A stretch of DNA of 64,000 bases from a virus (IMGVR_UViG_2884366220_000001:8305-72304), one strand, 5' to 3'. Positions 9,151-19,003 are shown, counted from the first letter of the stretch. Notes: generated by a model not told the origin, from the letters alone. Program-made: numbers and translations.

Positions 9151-9487
9151 CCTGCCGGTGCCCAGCGTGGCCCAGCCCCAGCGCGGCCAGACGCGCACAC
9201 GTGCCCGCAGACAGGCTAACGAGTCGTGCCAGTAGTCAACGCAGTAGCCTCTCGACGGCCCCGCAGACGCACCCAGACGCGCCCAGAATGCGGGTTCTCG
9301 ACCCCTCCGACCCCGCCAAAATTATCGCCCCCACCCCCCCCTCGGCAATTGCTTTTTTGGTCTGTGCGTGGCATGGGGGGGGTAAACCCCGGACGCGGAG
9401 CGTTCACCAGCGGAAACCGGTCAAGTGTCTGAAAAACAGTAGTTTAGACTGTTTTTAAATTGCAAAAATACTTACAATGCCGTTGCA

Positions 9488-9504
9488 AATTTACGACGGT
9501 TTGC
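9488..9504 (+). promoter_or_regulatory. 17-bp operator-like site A (AATTTACGACGGTTTGC)
   Basis: Identical to 13468-13484; within GCAAAT-N8-GTTTGC imperfect palindrome upstream of ardC. Confidence 0.7.
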
Positions 9505-9565
9505 GTACCTTTAATACATGGAAATCAAGCAGATAACCAGTTAAAAACACAAAAAAGCAACTTTT

Positions 9566-10474
9566 ATGGAAGGTACAAAACGCGACCACTTCGCAGAGGT
9601 CACCGGGAAAATTATTGCCCAATTGGAACAGGGTATCGTACCGTGGCATCAGCCGTGGGGCTTCTGCGAACCCGCACAAAATCACTTCACCGGCCACCGC
9701 TACCGCGGTATCAATTCGCTACTGATGCTGATGGAGGACTATAAAACGCCCTACTTCGCGACCATCAAGCAGATTAACGAAGCCGGTGGGCGCGTCAAGA
9801 AGGGAAGCAAATCGACACAGGTTTATTTTCACGACTGTATTTACAAGGACAAAAACGGCGCACGGCTAACCCCCGACGTTGCTTTACCCCGCATCAAAGC
9901 CGGTGATTCGACCGTCAGAAAGTACCCGTTTATTCGCCTGTTTCCGGTGTTTAATATGGATTCGGTGGAAGGGTGCCCCGTTAAGTCAGCCATACGCCGG
10001 AGCGAAACCGATAACCACGAGATAGCGGTCTGTGCGGACTTCGTTACCGCCCTGAATTTGGGCAACCAGTTGCGCCACGCCAACGTTGACGAAGCCTTTT
10101 TTCACAAAAAGGATGATTACGTGCAGATGCCCCCGCTGGACGTGTTCCGCAGTTCGGAATTGTACTACGGTGTTTTGTTCCACGAGCTGACCCACTGGAC
10201 GGGACACGCCGACCGGTTGAATCGAAAGACGTTGACCGAAGCCCTGAAATTTGGCGACACCAATTACTCACTGGAAGAACTGACCGCCGAACTCGGCAGT
10301 ACGTTTCTGTGCAATACGTTCGGTATTGATACGCCCGACACCCTACAGAACCAAGCCGCCTACATTGCCAACTGGCTGGGCGTGCTCAAAAAGAACAGCC
10401 GCTTTATCTGGGATGCCGCCAGCGACGCACAGGCCGCATTTACGTACCTGATCGACCGCGCAGGTACTTATTAG
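9566..10474 (+). CDS. ardC: ArdC-family ssDNA-binding antirestriction protein
   Basis: N-terminal PWHQPW...YRGINSLLL...GGRVKKGSK; C-terminal zincin-like HELTHWTGH and YSLEELTAELGS. Confidence 0.9.
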   Translation: MEGTKRDHFAEVTGKIIAQLEQGIVPWHQPWGFCEPAQNHFTGHRYRGINSLLMLMEDYKTPYFATIKQINEAGGRVKKGSKSTQVYFHDCIYKDKNGARLTPDVALPRIKAGDSTVRKYPFIRLFPVFNMDSVEGCPVKSAIRRSETDNHEIAVCADFVTALNLGNQLRHANVDEAFFHKKDDYVQMPPLDVFRSSELYYGVLFHELTHWTGHADRLNRKTLTEALKFGDTNYSLEELTAELGSTFLCNTFGIDTPDTLQNQAAYIANWLGVLKKNSRFIWDAASDAQAAFTYLIDRAGTY

Positions 10475-10592
10475 TCAACTCAATTTATCGGAGTCCCTAC
10501 CGGTCGTTTTTCGCCCGACAGGACAACTACGCCCAATCCTCAGCATTACCCAGTTTTCAATACATCAATCCATCAAAAACCAGTCAAATCCA

Positions 10593-11183
10593 ATGAAAAC
10601 CACCCCACAAGTTACCCCCGCGAACACCAACACCACCACCGACAACCAGAACGCCAAAGGCAGTACCGGTAAGTTCACCGTTACCCCCGCCGAACCCGTT
10701 GCCCTGAGTGATCTACTGAAACAGGCCCACGCCGACACTGCCGCGAAAGCCGCCGATGTGGTCGAGCCGAAACCCTACCCCGTTCAGGCCCAGCCAGAGC
10801 CAGCCAAACCCGAAGCTACCGCCACCGCCCCGGAGCCAGCCAAAGCCCCAGCCCAGCCAGAGCCGCAGAAGCCAGCCGCCCCCGTTCGGAGCCGTGGCGA
10901 AGAAATCGAGTTTCAGATTGCCAAGTCGGGCAAACTACAACTGATAAACAACCAACTGCAAAGCCTGAAAGCCAAGCAGAACGAGTTAAACCAGTTCAGT
11001 TTCGCCGTTAGTAAGGACGAGGACTACCGCTATGGCCGGTTAGTGATCTTTGACGATAACAACCGCGAATTCCAGTGCAAAAACCACGGCCTAGCCGCCC
11101 TGATCGTGGAGCACCTGAAAGGCTTGTTCGAGCAGAAGGTGGAAGAGAAAGAAAGCGAACTGTTAGCGGTTTCGCGTTCGTGA
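10593..11183 (+). CDS. Hypothetical protein with Pro/Ala-rich linker and coiled coil
   Basis: 196-aa ORF with A-rich initiation region. Confidence 0.7.
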   Translation: MKTTPQVTPANTNTTTDNQNAKGSTGKFTVTPAEPVALSDLLKQAHADTAAKAADVVEPKPYPVQAQPEPAKPEATATAPEPAKAPAQPEPQKPAAPVRSRGEEIEFQIAKSGKLQLINNQLQSLKAKQNELNQFSFAVSKDEDYRYGRLVIFDDNNREFQCKNHGLAALIVEHLKGLFEQKVEEKESELLAVSRS

Positions 11184-11413
11184 GTGAATTTGACACGCTG
11201 ATCGTGGACGAGTTGCGCCGGGAATTTCGGCGCACTCGTCCCCCGGCGAAGGTCATCACCGACCAGTATATAGCCGGTATTTTTCGCGTCACCAGCCGCC
11301 AGCCGCCCCGCATAGGCTACCGGGTTTTCTGGTACCCATCCAGTCTACTGCATCCCGATTCGACTGTTTACGAGGATACCCAATTTGATTTAATCGAACC
11401 CCTACCGTTATGA
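11180..11413 (+). CDS. Small hypothetical protein
   Basis: GTG overlaps the upstream stop (GTGA); its stop overlaps the radC ATG. Confidence 0.55.
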   Translation: MSEFDTLIVDELRREFRRTRPPAKVITDQYIAGIFRVTSRQPPRIGYRVFWYPSSLLHPDSTVYEDTQFDLIEPLPL

Positions 11414-11882
11414 GTCTACGCCCCCAGGACGCCACCACTATTTATTCCGTGGGTGAAATCAGCGTCAGCTACAAAACCAACAGTAACCCCAAGTTAGCGC
11501 ACGTTCGGGCCAGCCGCGACGCGTACGGTATCTTTCGCCAGTACTGGAGCGAGCAGATTAACTGGATCGAGGAATTTTACCTAATGTGCCTTAACAAACA
11601 AAACGAAGCCATCGGCATTTTCCGGGTATCGGTGGGGGCACGGCCGCTACCTACGTGGATGCAAAAGTCATTTTTCAGGTAGCCTTGGGCTGTCACGCCA
11701 GTAGCATTGTACTAGCTCATAACCACCCGTCGGGCAACCTTGAGCCGAGCAAAGCGGACAAAGACCTGACCGTCAAGTTTAAGCAGATCGGCCAGTTACT
11801 GGACTGTCCGGTGTTGGACCACCTGATTTTAGTGCCTGATGCTGATTGTTACACCTCATTTGCCGACAGCGGTATTTTATAG
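11410..11882 (+). CDS. radC: RadC-like JAB/MPN domain protein, split by 1-nt deletion in G-run 11634-11638
   Basis: EEFYLMCLN..N; restoring one G gives SVGGTAATYVDAK; HNHPSGNLEPSKAD and VLDHLI motifs. Confidence 0.85.
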
Positions 11883-11884
11883 CC

Positions 11885-12439
11885 ATGACTTATTTTATTC
11901 GTATCAGTAGCCAGAACCGCCCCGCCAACCGATTACAGCAGGCTATACTAGACCATTTCGGGGCCTACCACAGCGTACTGACCAGCGACCCGACGAGCAT
12001 TTACCAACGGCTCAGCGGGGCCGTCGAGCAGGCCCACAGATCGTACCGGCGATGCACAAAACAGACCGTCAGCAAACAGCACGACTACAGCACGAAAGAA
12101 ATCGTTGCCATCTACGTCGACGGATTGATTCAACTTAGTATGCACCCGGTTTTACGGACGGTTTATCTTGATCCGACGCCCCCCAAACCAGAGCCGACCG
12201 CCCCGCCATTAGCCGCCCCAAACCAGACCGACGACCCACCGGGCGAAGTTTTACCCCGGGCCGTGATCTACAAACAGCGCGACAGTAGCGAGGAATTACG
12301 ACTGGATTACTGGTATAAGTTTTCTACCCAAGTGCAGAGTTTACTACGGCAGGGCGTTATCTGGCGCATCTACCTGAACGAAAACGCGTCACCCATTGCC
12401 GAACTATACGGCGGTCGAACGATACCCGCCTACCTGTAA
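11885..12439 (+). CDS. Hypothetical protein
   Basis: ATG 3 nt after radC stop. Confidence 0.65.
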   Translation: MTYFIRISSQNRPANRLQQAILDHFGAYHSVLTSDPTSIYQRLSGAVEQAHRSYRRCTKQTVSKQHDYSTKEIVAIYVDGLIQLSMHPVLRTVYLDPTPPKPEPTAPPLAAPNQTDDPPGEVLPRAVIYKQRDSSEELRLDYWYKFSTQVQSLLRQGVIWRIYLNENASPIAELYGGRTIPAYL

Positions 12440-12738
12440 CCGTACCCGTTACGCCTGATTCCTGCTAATTCCCTAGTGAGTTAGTGGGCTTTTGGCGTTC
12501 CTCGCGCCTTTGCTGTGGCGGGGTTCACGACAGCCCTGGTGTTTCGCAGGCTCACACCGGCCTGTCACTCACCCTGCCGGCGTCCAGCCAACTCTCTGCC
12601 GTTCGCTCAGCTGGAGATAGATCAGCTTACTCGTTAACTGGCTAAAAACCCGTGCTTAAAGCAATTTAGATCAACCGGCAACAGCAGGTTCTACGCGACT
12701 AGGCTAAACGCCCGACATATTAAATTTTAATCAATATA

Positions 12739-13077
12739 TTGACGACTAATGACTTACTTAGACCGTTTAGCATGTGTCGTGTTACCAATATGAGTATGCA
12801 TCCACACAGTTCACATAACCATCCCATCAGTCAACCCAATACCCCATTCACTACTCAGGAGGGAAAGCTTTGGCAGGAAGTAATTTTTTACGAACAACAT
12901 ATCGTCAGGTTGGAACTGCTGCTCACTCAACTGACTCAAAACGAACAACTTTGCTTTACGTACAGGGGAGTAGATGCATCTATACAGACATATTTTACAT
13001 TGATTAAAGCACGTTACATGACTCAGATCGAACGGGCTTATCGCATGCGGGAAAGATTGTTGATGCGTCTTCTATAG
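12739..13077 (+). CDS. Hypothetical protein (start uncertain)
   Basis: ORF track only. Confidence 0.35.
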   Translation: MTTNDLLRPFSMCRVTNMSMHPHSSHNHPISQPNTPFTTQEGKLWQEVIFYEQHIVRLELLLTQLTQNEQLCFTYRGVDASIQTYFTLIKARYMTQIERAYRMRERLLMRLL

Positions 13078-13207
13078 AGTAGCTAGATTACCGCTACGAT
13101 TCCGCAATCAATTTGGTTTTCGTCAGTCTTGGGACACTAATTTCACTGAAAACAAATCAGCCCGAACGCAAAGCATCCGGGCTGAAGAAGCCAGTTAAAA
13201 ACAAAAT

Positions 13208-13423
13208 CTATTCGGGCAGATTCCAGGTCTTTTCATGCTCGACACTGAACTGTGCTTTTTTAAGCATCTCTTCTTTTTTATCAATCGTCACGCCCCGGCC
13301 TGAATTAATCAGATGCCGGTAGTTACGACGAACCGACTTATCTAGTCCCGTCAGTGACCAGTAGTAGTCACTATCCAGTATAAGCCTGAAGGCTTCATCC
13401 GTTGTTGGTGAGTTTTTCGCCAT
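13208..13423 (-). CDS. Small putative DNA-binding repressor
   Basis: 71 aa, basic and helical; own -7 box TAGATTTG (minus strand, 13446-13453) with the 17-bp site upstream. Confidence 0.6.
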   Translation of the reverse strand: MAKNSPTTDEAFRLILDSDYYWSLTGLDKSVRRNYRHLINSGRGVTIDKKEEMLKKAQFSVEHEKTWNLPE

Positions 13424-13467
13424 TGTGCTGCCTTGTTAGGATACACAAATCTACGAAAACCACCGCG

Positions 13468-13484
13468 AATTTACGACGGTTTGC
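13468..13484 (+). promoter_or_regulatory. 17-bp operator-like site B
   Basis: Identical to 9488-9504. Confidence 0.7.
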
Positions 13485-13502
13485 CGTCCTTTTTTCGACC
13501 TC

Positions 13503-13549
13503 GTCATCACGCCTGTCACGCCCCGCCCTACCTGACGCTGTCAACTTCG
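13503..13549 (+). promoter_or_regulatory. Phage late promoter copy 3
   Basis: 18-mer at 13503-13520, 21 nt, CAACTTCG (13542-13549), ATG at 13554. Confidence 0.8.
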
Positions 13550-13553
13550 GCCT

Positions 13554-13829
13554 ATGATGCTGAAGTTGACAGATGTAGTACGCCTGATGCGTAAAAGTGA
13601 GTCGGGGCACGCCAGCCCGGGCAGGCCCCGCCCGTTTACCATTCAATACGTGACGGCCGACCGCACCCGCAACAAGGGTGGCGAGGTCCGCACGTTGAAG
13701 CGGGCTGTACTGCTCACCAAAAAGCGCACCGATAACCGGATCGTCGATCTGCAACCCCTCGGTACCACCGACATCGTGCGCGTGCATCTGGATCTGATCC
13801 TTCGTTTCAATAATCAGCCTGTTGCATGA
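13554..13829 (+). CDS. Small phage protein upstream of portal
   Basis: Start coincides with late promoter; stop overlaps portal ATG. Confidence 0.7.
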   Translation: MMLKLTDVVRLMRKSESGHASPGRPRPFTIQYVTADRTRNKGGEVRTLKRAVLLTKKRTDNRIVDLQPLGTTDIVRVHLDLILRFNNQPVA

Positions 13830-15286
13830 GCCAAGTTGAATACTTCACCGGCTCGACCGCCGACGCTGTTGTGGTGCCCCGTCTGGGGCTGAGTTTTGCC
13901 ATCGAACACGAGAAGCCGATGGGCAAGCGTAGTGGTAGCCCCGCGATACTACCGTCGACGGGTTCCACGCCTGGCGCGAACCCCTCAGCCGTTCAGCCGA
14001 GTCAGGCATTTGTCTGGTCGGCCGGTAGTGATATCATGCCCTGGGGAGTCGGTAACGATTTTCCTCAGCGCATCGCGTCGCTGTATTCAAAAGATCCCAT
14101 CATTCCGACCACATTGGGTAAAATTGCCGCCATGGTGCAGGGTCGGGGCATCATTCCGGTACTAGAGCACGTCGACGACGACGGTGATCCCCTGTATCGA
14201 CCACTACCCCGGAATAACGCGGTAGCCACTGAGATTTACACTTACCTCAGCAGTCGGTACCATAAACAGTACATGCGCGAAATGGCGTCCGATGCCACCA
14301 TGTACTTCAATGGCTTCCCGGAGATGCTCATCTCGAAGGACCGCAAGAAGATCGTGCAGCCGCACCCGCTGAATGCCGAGGAAGTTCGCTGGTGTCAGAT
14401 GGATAAGGCCGGCAACCTGCCGCATATCTATTTGAGTGCCGACTGGCCCCGCGCGACGGATGAAACCGCCAAGAAAATCACGGCCATCGACCCCTTTCGG
14501 TACGATGCCGTCGACTGGCTGCGTGAGCAGAAAGAGTACAACGTCGTCTACCCGATCCGGTTTCCGACGCCGGGCCAGCGGTATTACGCGCTGCCGCACC
14601 ACTACAGTCTGGTCGAATCGGGCTGGCTCGACGTGCACCTGGCCGTGCCCCAGTTCAAGAAGTACATGCTCAAGAACCAGATGTCGATCAAGTATCACAT
14701 CAAGGTCGATGAAGCGTACTGGCCACTGGCGTTCGGCGACGACTGGAACAAAGCCAAAACCAAGCCGGGTGAGCGGCAGAAGCTGATTGAGGGCTGGCTG
14801 GAAAAAGTAACCAAGATGCTGACCAACGTGGAAAACACGGGTCAGGCCCTGATTACCCAGGTCAAAGCCGCAACCAACGACCCGACGAAGGTCGCTGACT
14901 ACGTCACGATCACGCCGATTCAAGACCCCAGTCGGGAAGGGCAGCACCTGGCCGACAACCTCGAAGCAGCGGCCAACATCTTCTACGCGCTGAACGTCGA
15001 TCCCACGCTGGTTGGCTTCGCCGGTGGCGACAAGATGGGTGCGCGTAGTGGTGGTTCCGACAAGCTCCAGGCGTATCTGATTGCCCTGCAAATGCTGTCC
15101 CCGTTCCGGGATATGCTCATCGAACCGATTGACTTCATGGCCGATTTCAATGGCTGGAAATTGGCCCTTCCCCAGTTGAAGTTTATCTATCCCGATCAGA
15201 ACCCCAGTGCCAAAAAGGGCGACCAGAAGAAAGACGAACCTAAGTCGTTGCCGGCCGGTGGCGATAAATCCAAACCTGACGCATGA
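13826..15286 (+). CDS. Portal protein
   Basis: 486 aa; PWGVGNDFP, YYALP and IFYALNVDPTLVG...SGGSDKLQA portal-like segments. Confidence 0.8.
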   Translation: MSQVEYFTGSTADAVVVPRLGLSFAIEHEKPMGKRSGSPAILPSTGSTPGANPSAVQPSQAFVWSAGSDIMPWGVGNDFPQRIASLYSKDPIIPTTLGKIAAMVQGRGIIPVLEHVDDDGDPLYRPLPRNNAVATEIYTYLSSRYHKQYMREMASDATMYFNGFPEMLISKDRKKIVQPHPLNAEEVRWCQMDKAGNLPHIYLSADWPRATDETAKKITAIDPFRYDAVDWLREQKEYNVVYPIRFPTPGQRYYALPHHYSLVESGWLDVHLAVPQFKKYMLKNQMSIKYHIKVDEAYWPLAFGDDWNKAKTKPGERQKLIEGWLEKVTKMLTNVENTGQALITQVKAATNDPTKVADYVTITPIQDPSREGQHLADNLEAAANIFYALNVDPTLVGFAGGDKMGARSGGSDKLQAYLIALQMLSPFRDMLIEPIDFMADFNGWKLALPQLKFIYPDQNPSAKKGDQKKDEPKSLPAGGDKSKPDA

Positions 15287-16254
15287 GCCAGTTATTCACC
15301 GGAGAAACCGACCAGCTGCGGCAGTACGTCCCGGTCAATGTCAATTTTGATACGGACGGACTAATGCCCGTACTGGATGACACCGAAATGACGGTGCTGG
15401 GCCGCTTTATCGGCCTCGACGTGCTGGAGCAGCTGCGCGACTACGCCAGCACCAACGATCACCCGGATCTGACCGCTTCCGAGAGCCGACAGCTGGAGAG
15501 TGCCTTATTTCTGGCCAGGGGGGCAGTCGGTCGTATCGGCTTTGCGGCCTACCTGCCGTTTGCCGAAATGCAGATCGACAACGATGGTATTACGGTGACG
15601 GCAGCGCAGGGTCGCAAAGCTGCGTTTGAGTATCAGACCAACAACCTCAAACGCACCCTGCTCGATGCGGGCTGGGAGTCGCTCGATCGGTTGCTGAGCC
15701 TGCTGGCCAGCCAGCCCGATCTGTTTCCGGACTGGAAAAATGCCCCCTACTACGAGGAGCAGCAGAACGCCATTTTCAAAACGCCGGCGGAGTTCAGCCG
15801 CTACTATCCCATTCAGGATCGGTGGCTGACGTTCTGGGCGCTACGATTCAGCATCCGTAACGTCGAAGAAGACCAAGGCGCAGATGCGCAGGCCCGGATC
15901 GATAAGCTGTCTGCTGGATCGGTGTCGGATTCAATGCGTGCCAAGCTGAATCGACTGATGCGCCGGGGGATTGCTTATCAGGCCGTGCTCGACGCCCTGC
16001 CGACGCTGAGCATCGAACTGGAAGGCATCAATGTAAAAGTCAACTACGGTTCCCAGTACGGGAACGCGGATTACTACCAGCCGCCCTCTCAGGCCCAGCT
16101 GAACTTCGTTATCAACAACCTGCAACGGCAGATCGACATCGCCTGGAACAGCTTCGAGGCTGCGATTTCGCCACTGGAGACACTACCCACTCCTGACGAC
16201 GATTCATCCACCAGCTACGGCCCCTATTCGACCGGCGCAATTTCCTTTCTGTAA
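15283..16254 (+). CDS. Head-tail adaptor-like protein (DUF6712-like)
   Basis: Follows portal; N-terminus LRQYVPVNVNFD...LMPVLDDTE recalls this Bacteroidetes phage family. Confidence 0.55.
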   Translation: MSQLFTGETDQLRQYVPVNVNFDTDGLMPVLDDTEMTVLGRFIGLDVLEQLRDYASTNDHPDLTASESRQLESALFLARGAVGRIGFAAYLPFAEMQIDNDGITVTAAQGRKAAFEYQTNNLKRTLLDAGWESLDRLLSLLASQPDLFPDWKNAPYYEEQQNAIFKTPAEFSRYYPIQDRWLTFWALRFSIRNVEEDQGADAQARIDKLSAGSVSDSMRAKLNRLMRRGIAYQAVLDALPTLSIELEGINVKVNYGSQYGNADYYQPPSQAQLNFVINNLQRQIDIAWNSFEAAISPLETLPTPDDDSSTSYGPYSTGAISFL

Positions 16255-16256
16255 TC

Positions 16257-16604
16257 ATGATCTTGACAATAAGCTGTCACATCATTGGTATCCTTAGCGC
16301 AATTCTGACCAGCTATAGACTGGTGTCTCGTCCTACGAAATGCCGCTGGATAGCCTACGGCCTATCTGTGTTTGTCGCCTGGACAAGTTTGTATCTGCTG
16401 GCGTCGTGCAAGCCCAAAACCAAACCTACCGCGCCCGCAGCTACATCGGTACCGACCGTCGACACGGCCCGAATTCGCCTGCAAAATCAAGCCGACGCCA
16501 GCCGATCAGCTGCCGAGCGGGCGACCAAAGCATCTAATTCAACCGTAACCAACTACGACCGTGATACCAAAACGTATGACTCGATACGAGTCGACCTGCG
16601 CTAA
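16257..16604 (+). CDS. Lysis-cassette membrane protein (spanin-like)
   Basis: Two hydrophobic segments, LLASC lipobox-like site, helical tail. Confidence 0.45.
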   Translation: MILTISCHIIGILSAILTSYRLVSRPTKCRWIAYGLSVFVAWTSLYLLASCKPKTKPTAPAATSVPTVDTARIRLQNQADASRSAAERATKASNSTVTNYDRDTKTYDSIRVDLR

Positions 16605-17154
16605 AGCAGGCTGGAAACTATTGCTGCTTGGGGCAGCTGTGCTGATAAGCTTTTTGCTCGCTGGCTTTGATGCATCGGGCCAACCCGTCGCAATGGTCAA
16701 ACAGCAACCATTCCCGTATCCTGTCGGGGTTGCAATAGATACGGCGACCTATGGTGCGGTGAAAGCGAAACTGAGAGCCGCCGATCGGCTGCGGGTCAGT
16801 GCTCAGCATCGGATCGACTCGCTACAGGCCGAAGTGGCCGCGACCCGTAAAGCCCTCGACGATCAATTCCGGCTGGGCAAATACGATGCCGGCACGGCAA
16901 TGGGCCTGACTGCCCGCATGAATCTGATTCAAAGTGAACTGGCTTCGGCTCAAAACTCCCTGCGGGTAGCTGAAGGTGCGATCGACGGTGTACTGGCATT
17001 GTTGCCCCGCTCGGTACGCAATAAGCTGCGAGTCGATCAGCCCGATAAAATTGCCGATGCCCTCAGCGAATACGTCAGTACGCTAAAGAAACGAAAGTGG
17101 CGATGGTCTGCGGCCTTTTTCGGGGCCGGCGCGCTGGCTGCACTACTGCTTTAA
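16576..17154 (+). CDS. Spanin-like protein (signal peptide, coiled coil, C-terminal TM)
   Basis: LLLLGAAVLISFLLAGFDASG|Q signal; KKRKWRW plus hydrophobic C-terminus; next to holin and endolysin. Confidence 0.5.
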   Translation: MTRYESTCAKAGWKLLLLGAAVLISFLLAGFDASGQPVAMVKQQPFPYPVGVAIDTATYGAVKAKLRAADRLRVSAQHRIDSLQAEVAATRKALDDQFRLGKYDAGTAMGLTARMNLIQSELASAQNSLRVAEGAIDGVLALLPRSVRNKLRVDQPDKIADALSEYVSTLKKRKWRWSAAFFGAGALAALLL

Positions 17155-17166
17155 CTAACCTACCAT

Positions 17167-17526
17167 ATGGAAAACTACGCATCCATTATCCCCGAGCTAC
17201 TCAAGCTCTCACCCATTGCGGCCGTGCTGTTTATCTGCCTGGCTGTTGTCTGGAAATACGTCCAGAAGAAAGACGAGGCCCTGACGGCCGCGCAGGCCCA
17301 CACCAACGATAAGCTGCTGGAGATGCAGGAGAAGATGATTGTCAGCAACAATAACGTGGCCACCAGTCACGTGACGCTGGCTACTGCGATCGGCAAACTA
17401 TCGGAAACGATCGACGACAACCAGGCGCAGGTCATGCGCGAACTGGACGAGATCAAAACCGGCACCAAAGTTCGGTCGCTCCCCGGCCGTAGTCGTACAG
17501 TTTCCGAACCTAAAGCGCAAGCCTGA
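17167..17526 (+). CDS. Holin-like protein
   Basis: Single N-terminal TM and coiled coil directly before endolysin. Confidence 0.55.
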   Translation: MENYASIIPELLKLSPIAAVLFICLAVVWKYVQKKDEALTAAQAHTNDKLLEMQEKMIVSNNNVATSHVTLATAIGKLSETIDDNQAQVMRELDEIKTGTKVRSLPGRSRTVSEPKAQA

Positions 17527-18128
17527 TGAAACCCGTTCTTCAACCCGCTGACTTCGGTCGAGCAGCCCAGTCGTTGGGCTGCTCGATAGCCGCTATCCGG
17601 GCGGTGGCCGAAGTCGAATCCGACGGCGGAGGTTTTCTAAAAGGTAAGATTCTGGTCACTCGCTTTGAAGGCCACATTTTTCGGCAGAAAACAGACGGAC
17701 GGTTTGATAAATCGCACCCGACGTTGTCGCACCGGTACATGGAAGATTGCCCTTACAACAAAGGGACGCTGTCCGATCTGCGCAGGCTGGAGCTGGCGCG
17801 TCAGCTGGCGGGCGACGTGGCGTTTGAGTGTGCCAGCTACGGCATGTTTCAGATCATGGGGTTTCATTATGCGCTGCTGGGTTACAAGTCGGCCTACGAA
17901 ATGGTGCAGGCATTCAACCAGAGCGAATCAGTTCAGCTCGATGCATTCGTACTGTTCATTCGTGGACAGGGACTTGCCGACGAGTTGCAGGATCTGCGCT
18001 TTGCCGATTTCGCCTACCGATACAATGGAGCCAACTACCGGGCCAATCGCTACGATATCAAAATGCTCAACGCCTACGGCTACTACCTGCCTAATCCGCT
18101 GACGCCGAACCGCTACAAACTCATCTGA
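17526..18128 (+). CDS. Endolysin, N-acetylmuramidase (DUF3380-type)
   Basis: AVAEVESDGGGF, FEGHIF, SYGMFQIMGFHY and FAYRYNG..Y..NRYD motifs. Confidence 0.9.
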   Translation: MKPVLQPADFGRAAQSLGCSIAAIRAVAEVESDGGGFLKGKILVTRFEGHIFRQKTDGRFDKSHPTLSHRYMEDCPYNKGTLSDLRRLELARQLAGDVAFECASYGMFQIMGFHYALLGYKSAYEMVQAFNQSESVQLDAFVLFIRGQGLADELQDLRFADFAYRYNGANYRANRYDIKMLNAYGYYLPNPLTPNRYKLI

Positions 18129-19003
18129 TGAATACCTTCAATCTCTGGAAAAAGGGCCGGATGCGACTGTATACCGGCCCTTCCTGTTGGGCTGAACTGA
18201 CCGACCCGCAATCGGTATCGATGATGCGCGTCCGGTCGATGGTGCTGGAAAAGCCGGAATGCCTGTTTGCTGTGCTGAAGCAACTGTACGGTATGTCATT
18301 CCGTACCCAGCGCTGGTTGTTCGACGACAACTACCTGCGCCGGAAGGGGATGGAGCCTGACGATCGGGAGCTGACCCGGCGAATGGGGCAGGCCATGCTC
18401 GACACACTGACCTGGATTGGTCAGGAAGATGATACCGGTACGTTCCCCCAACGGTTTCGTCGGTTCGACTTTTACTTCGGAACGACCCGGATCTGGCTAC
18501 GTCGACTGGTCAACCGCACGGTTTATCATGGCCCGGCTGCGGCCCTGGCTAACTGCACGTTTGCCGAGTTCATGTTTGCCGACGTCGCATTCCAGAAACG
18601 CGATTGGGCGAAACTTGCCGCTATCCTCTATCGGCCTGCCGGTACCGATGGTGCCGACCCGCGACAGCCGCTCGATCGGCACCAGGTCGAGGCCCGCGCC
18701 GAGGCCTTCGCCCAGCTTGATCCCGCCCTGCTGGAGCGTATTGTTTTCGCCTACGGCTGCACGCTCGTACGACTGAAATCGTTCTTCCCCCTCGTTTTCA
18801 AAGCGCCCGACGAGGCCGATACCTCGACGACCCAGAAACAGAATAGTTGGCTCGACGTGGCCATCAACATGGTGAAGCTCGACGCGACCCGCGTGCAGGA
18901 AATCGAGAAACTGAACCTGTATCTGGCGTTGAAGGTGCTGAACGCGCAGATCCAGCAGGGCGAGGAAATGCAGGAGCAATACGACAACATGAAAAACAGA
19001 TGA
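18128..19003 (+). CDS. Putative tail assembly chaperone
   Basis: Position in tail operon; TFAEF..AD, LAAILYRP and C-terminal NLYLAL segments. Confidence 0.45.
   Translation: MNTFNLWKKGRMRLYTGPSCWAELTDPQSVSMMRVRSMVLEKPECLFAVLKQLYGMSFRTQRWLFDDNYLRRKGMEPDDRELTRRMGQAMLDTLTWIGQEDDTGTFPQRFRRFDFYFGTTRIWLRRLVNRTVYHGPAAALANCTFAEFMFADVAFQKRDWAKLAAILYRPAGTDGADPRQPLDRHQVEARAEAFAQLDPALLERIVFAYGCTLVRLKSFFPLVFKAPDEADTSTTQKQNSWLDVAINMVKLDATRVQEIEKLNLYLALKVLNAQIQQGEEMQEQYDNMKNR

Noticed and set aside
8963-9744. Short ORFs in the post-terminase region
   Set aside because: Low-complexity, mutually overlapping ORFs; the region looks noncoding
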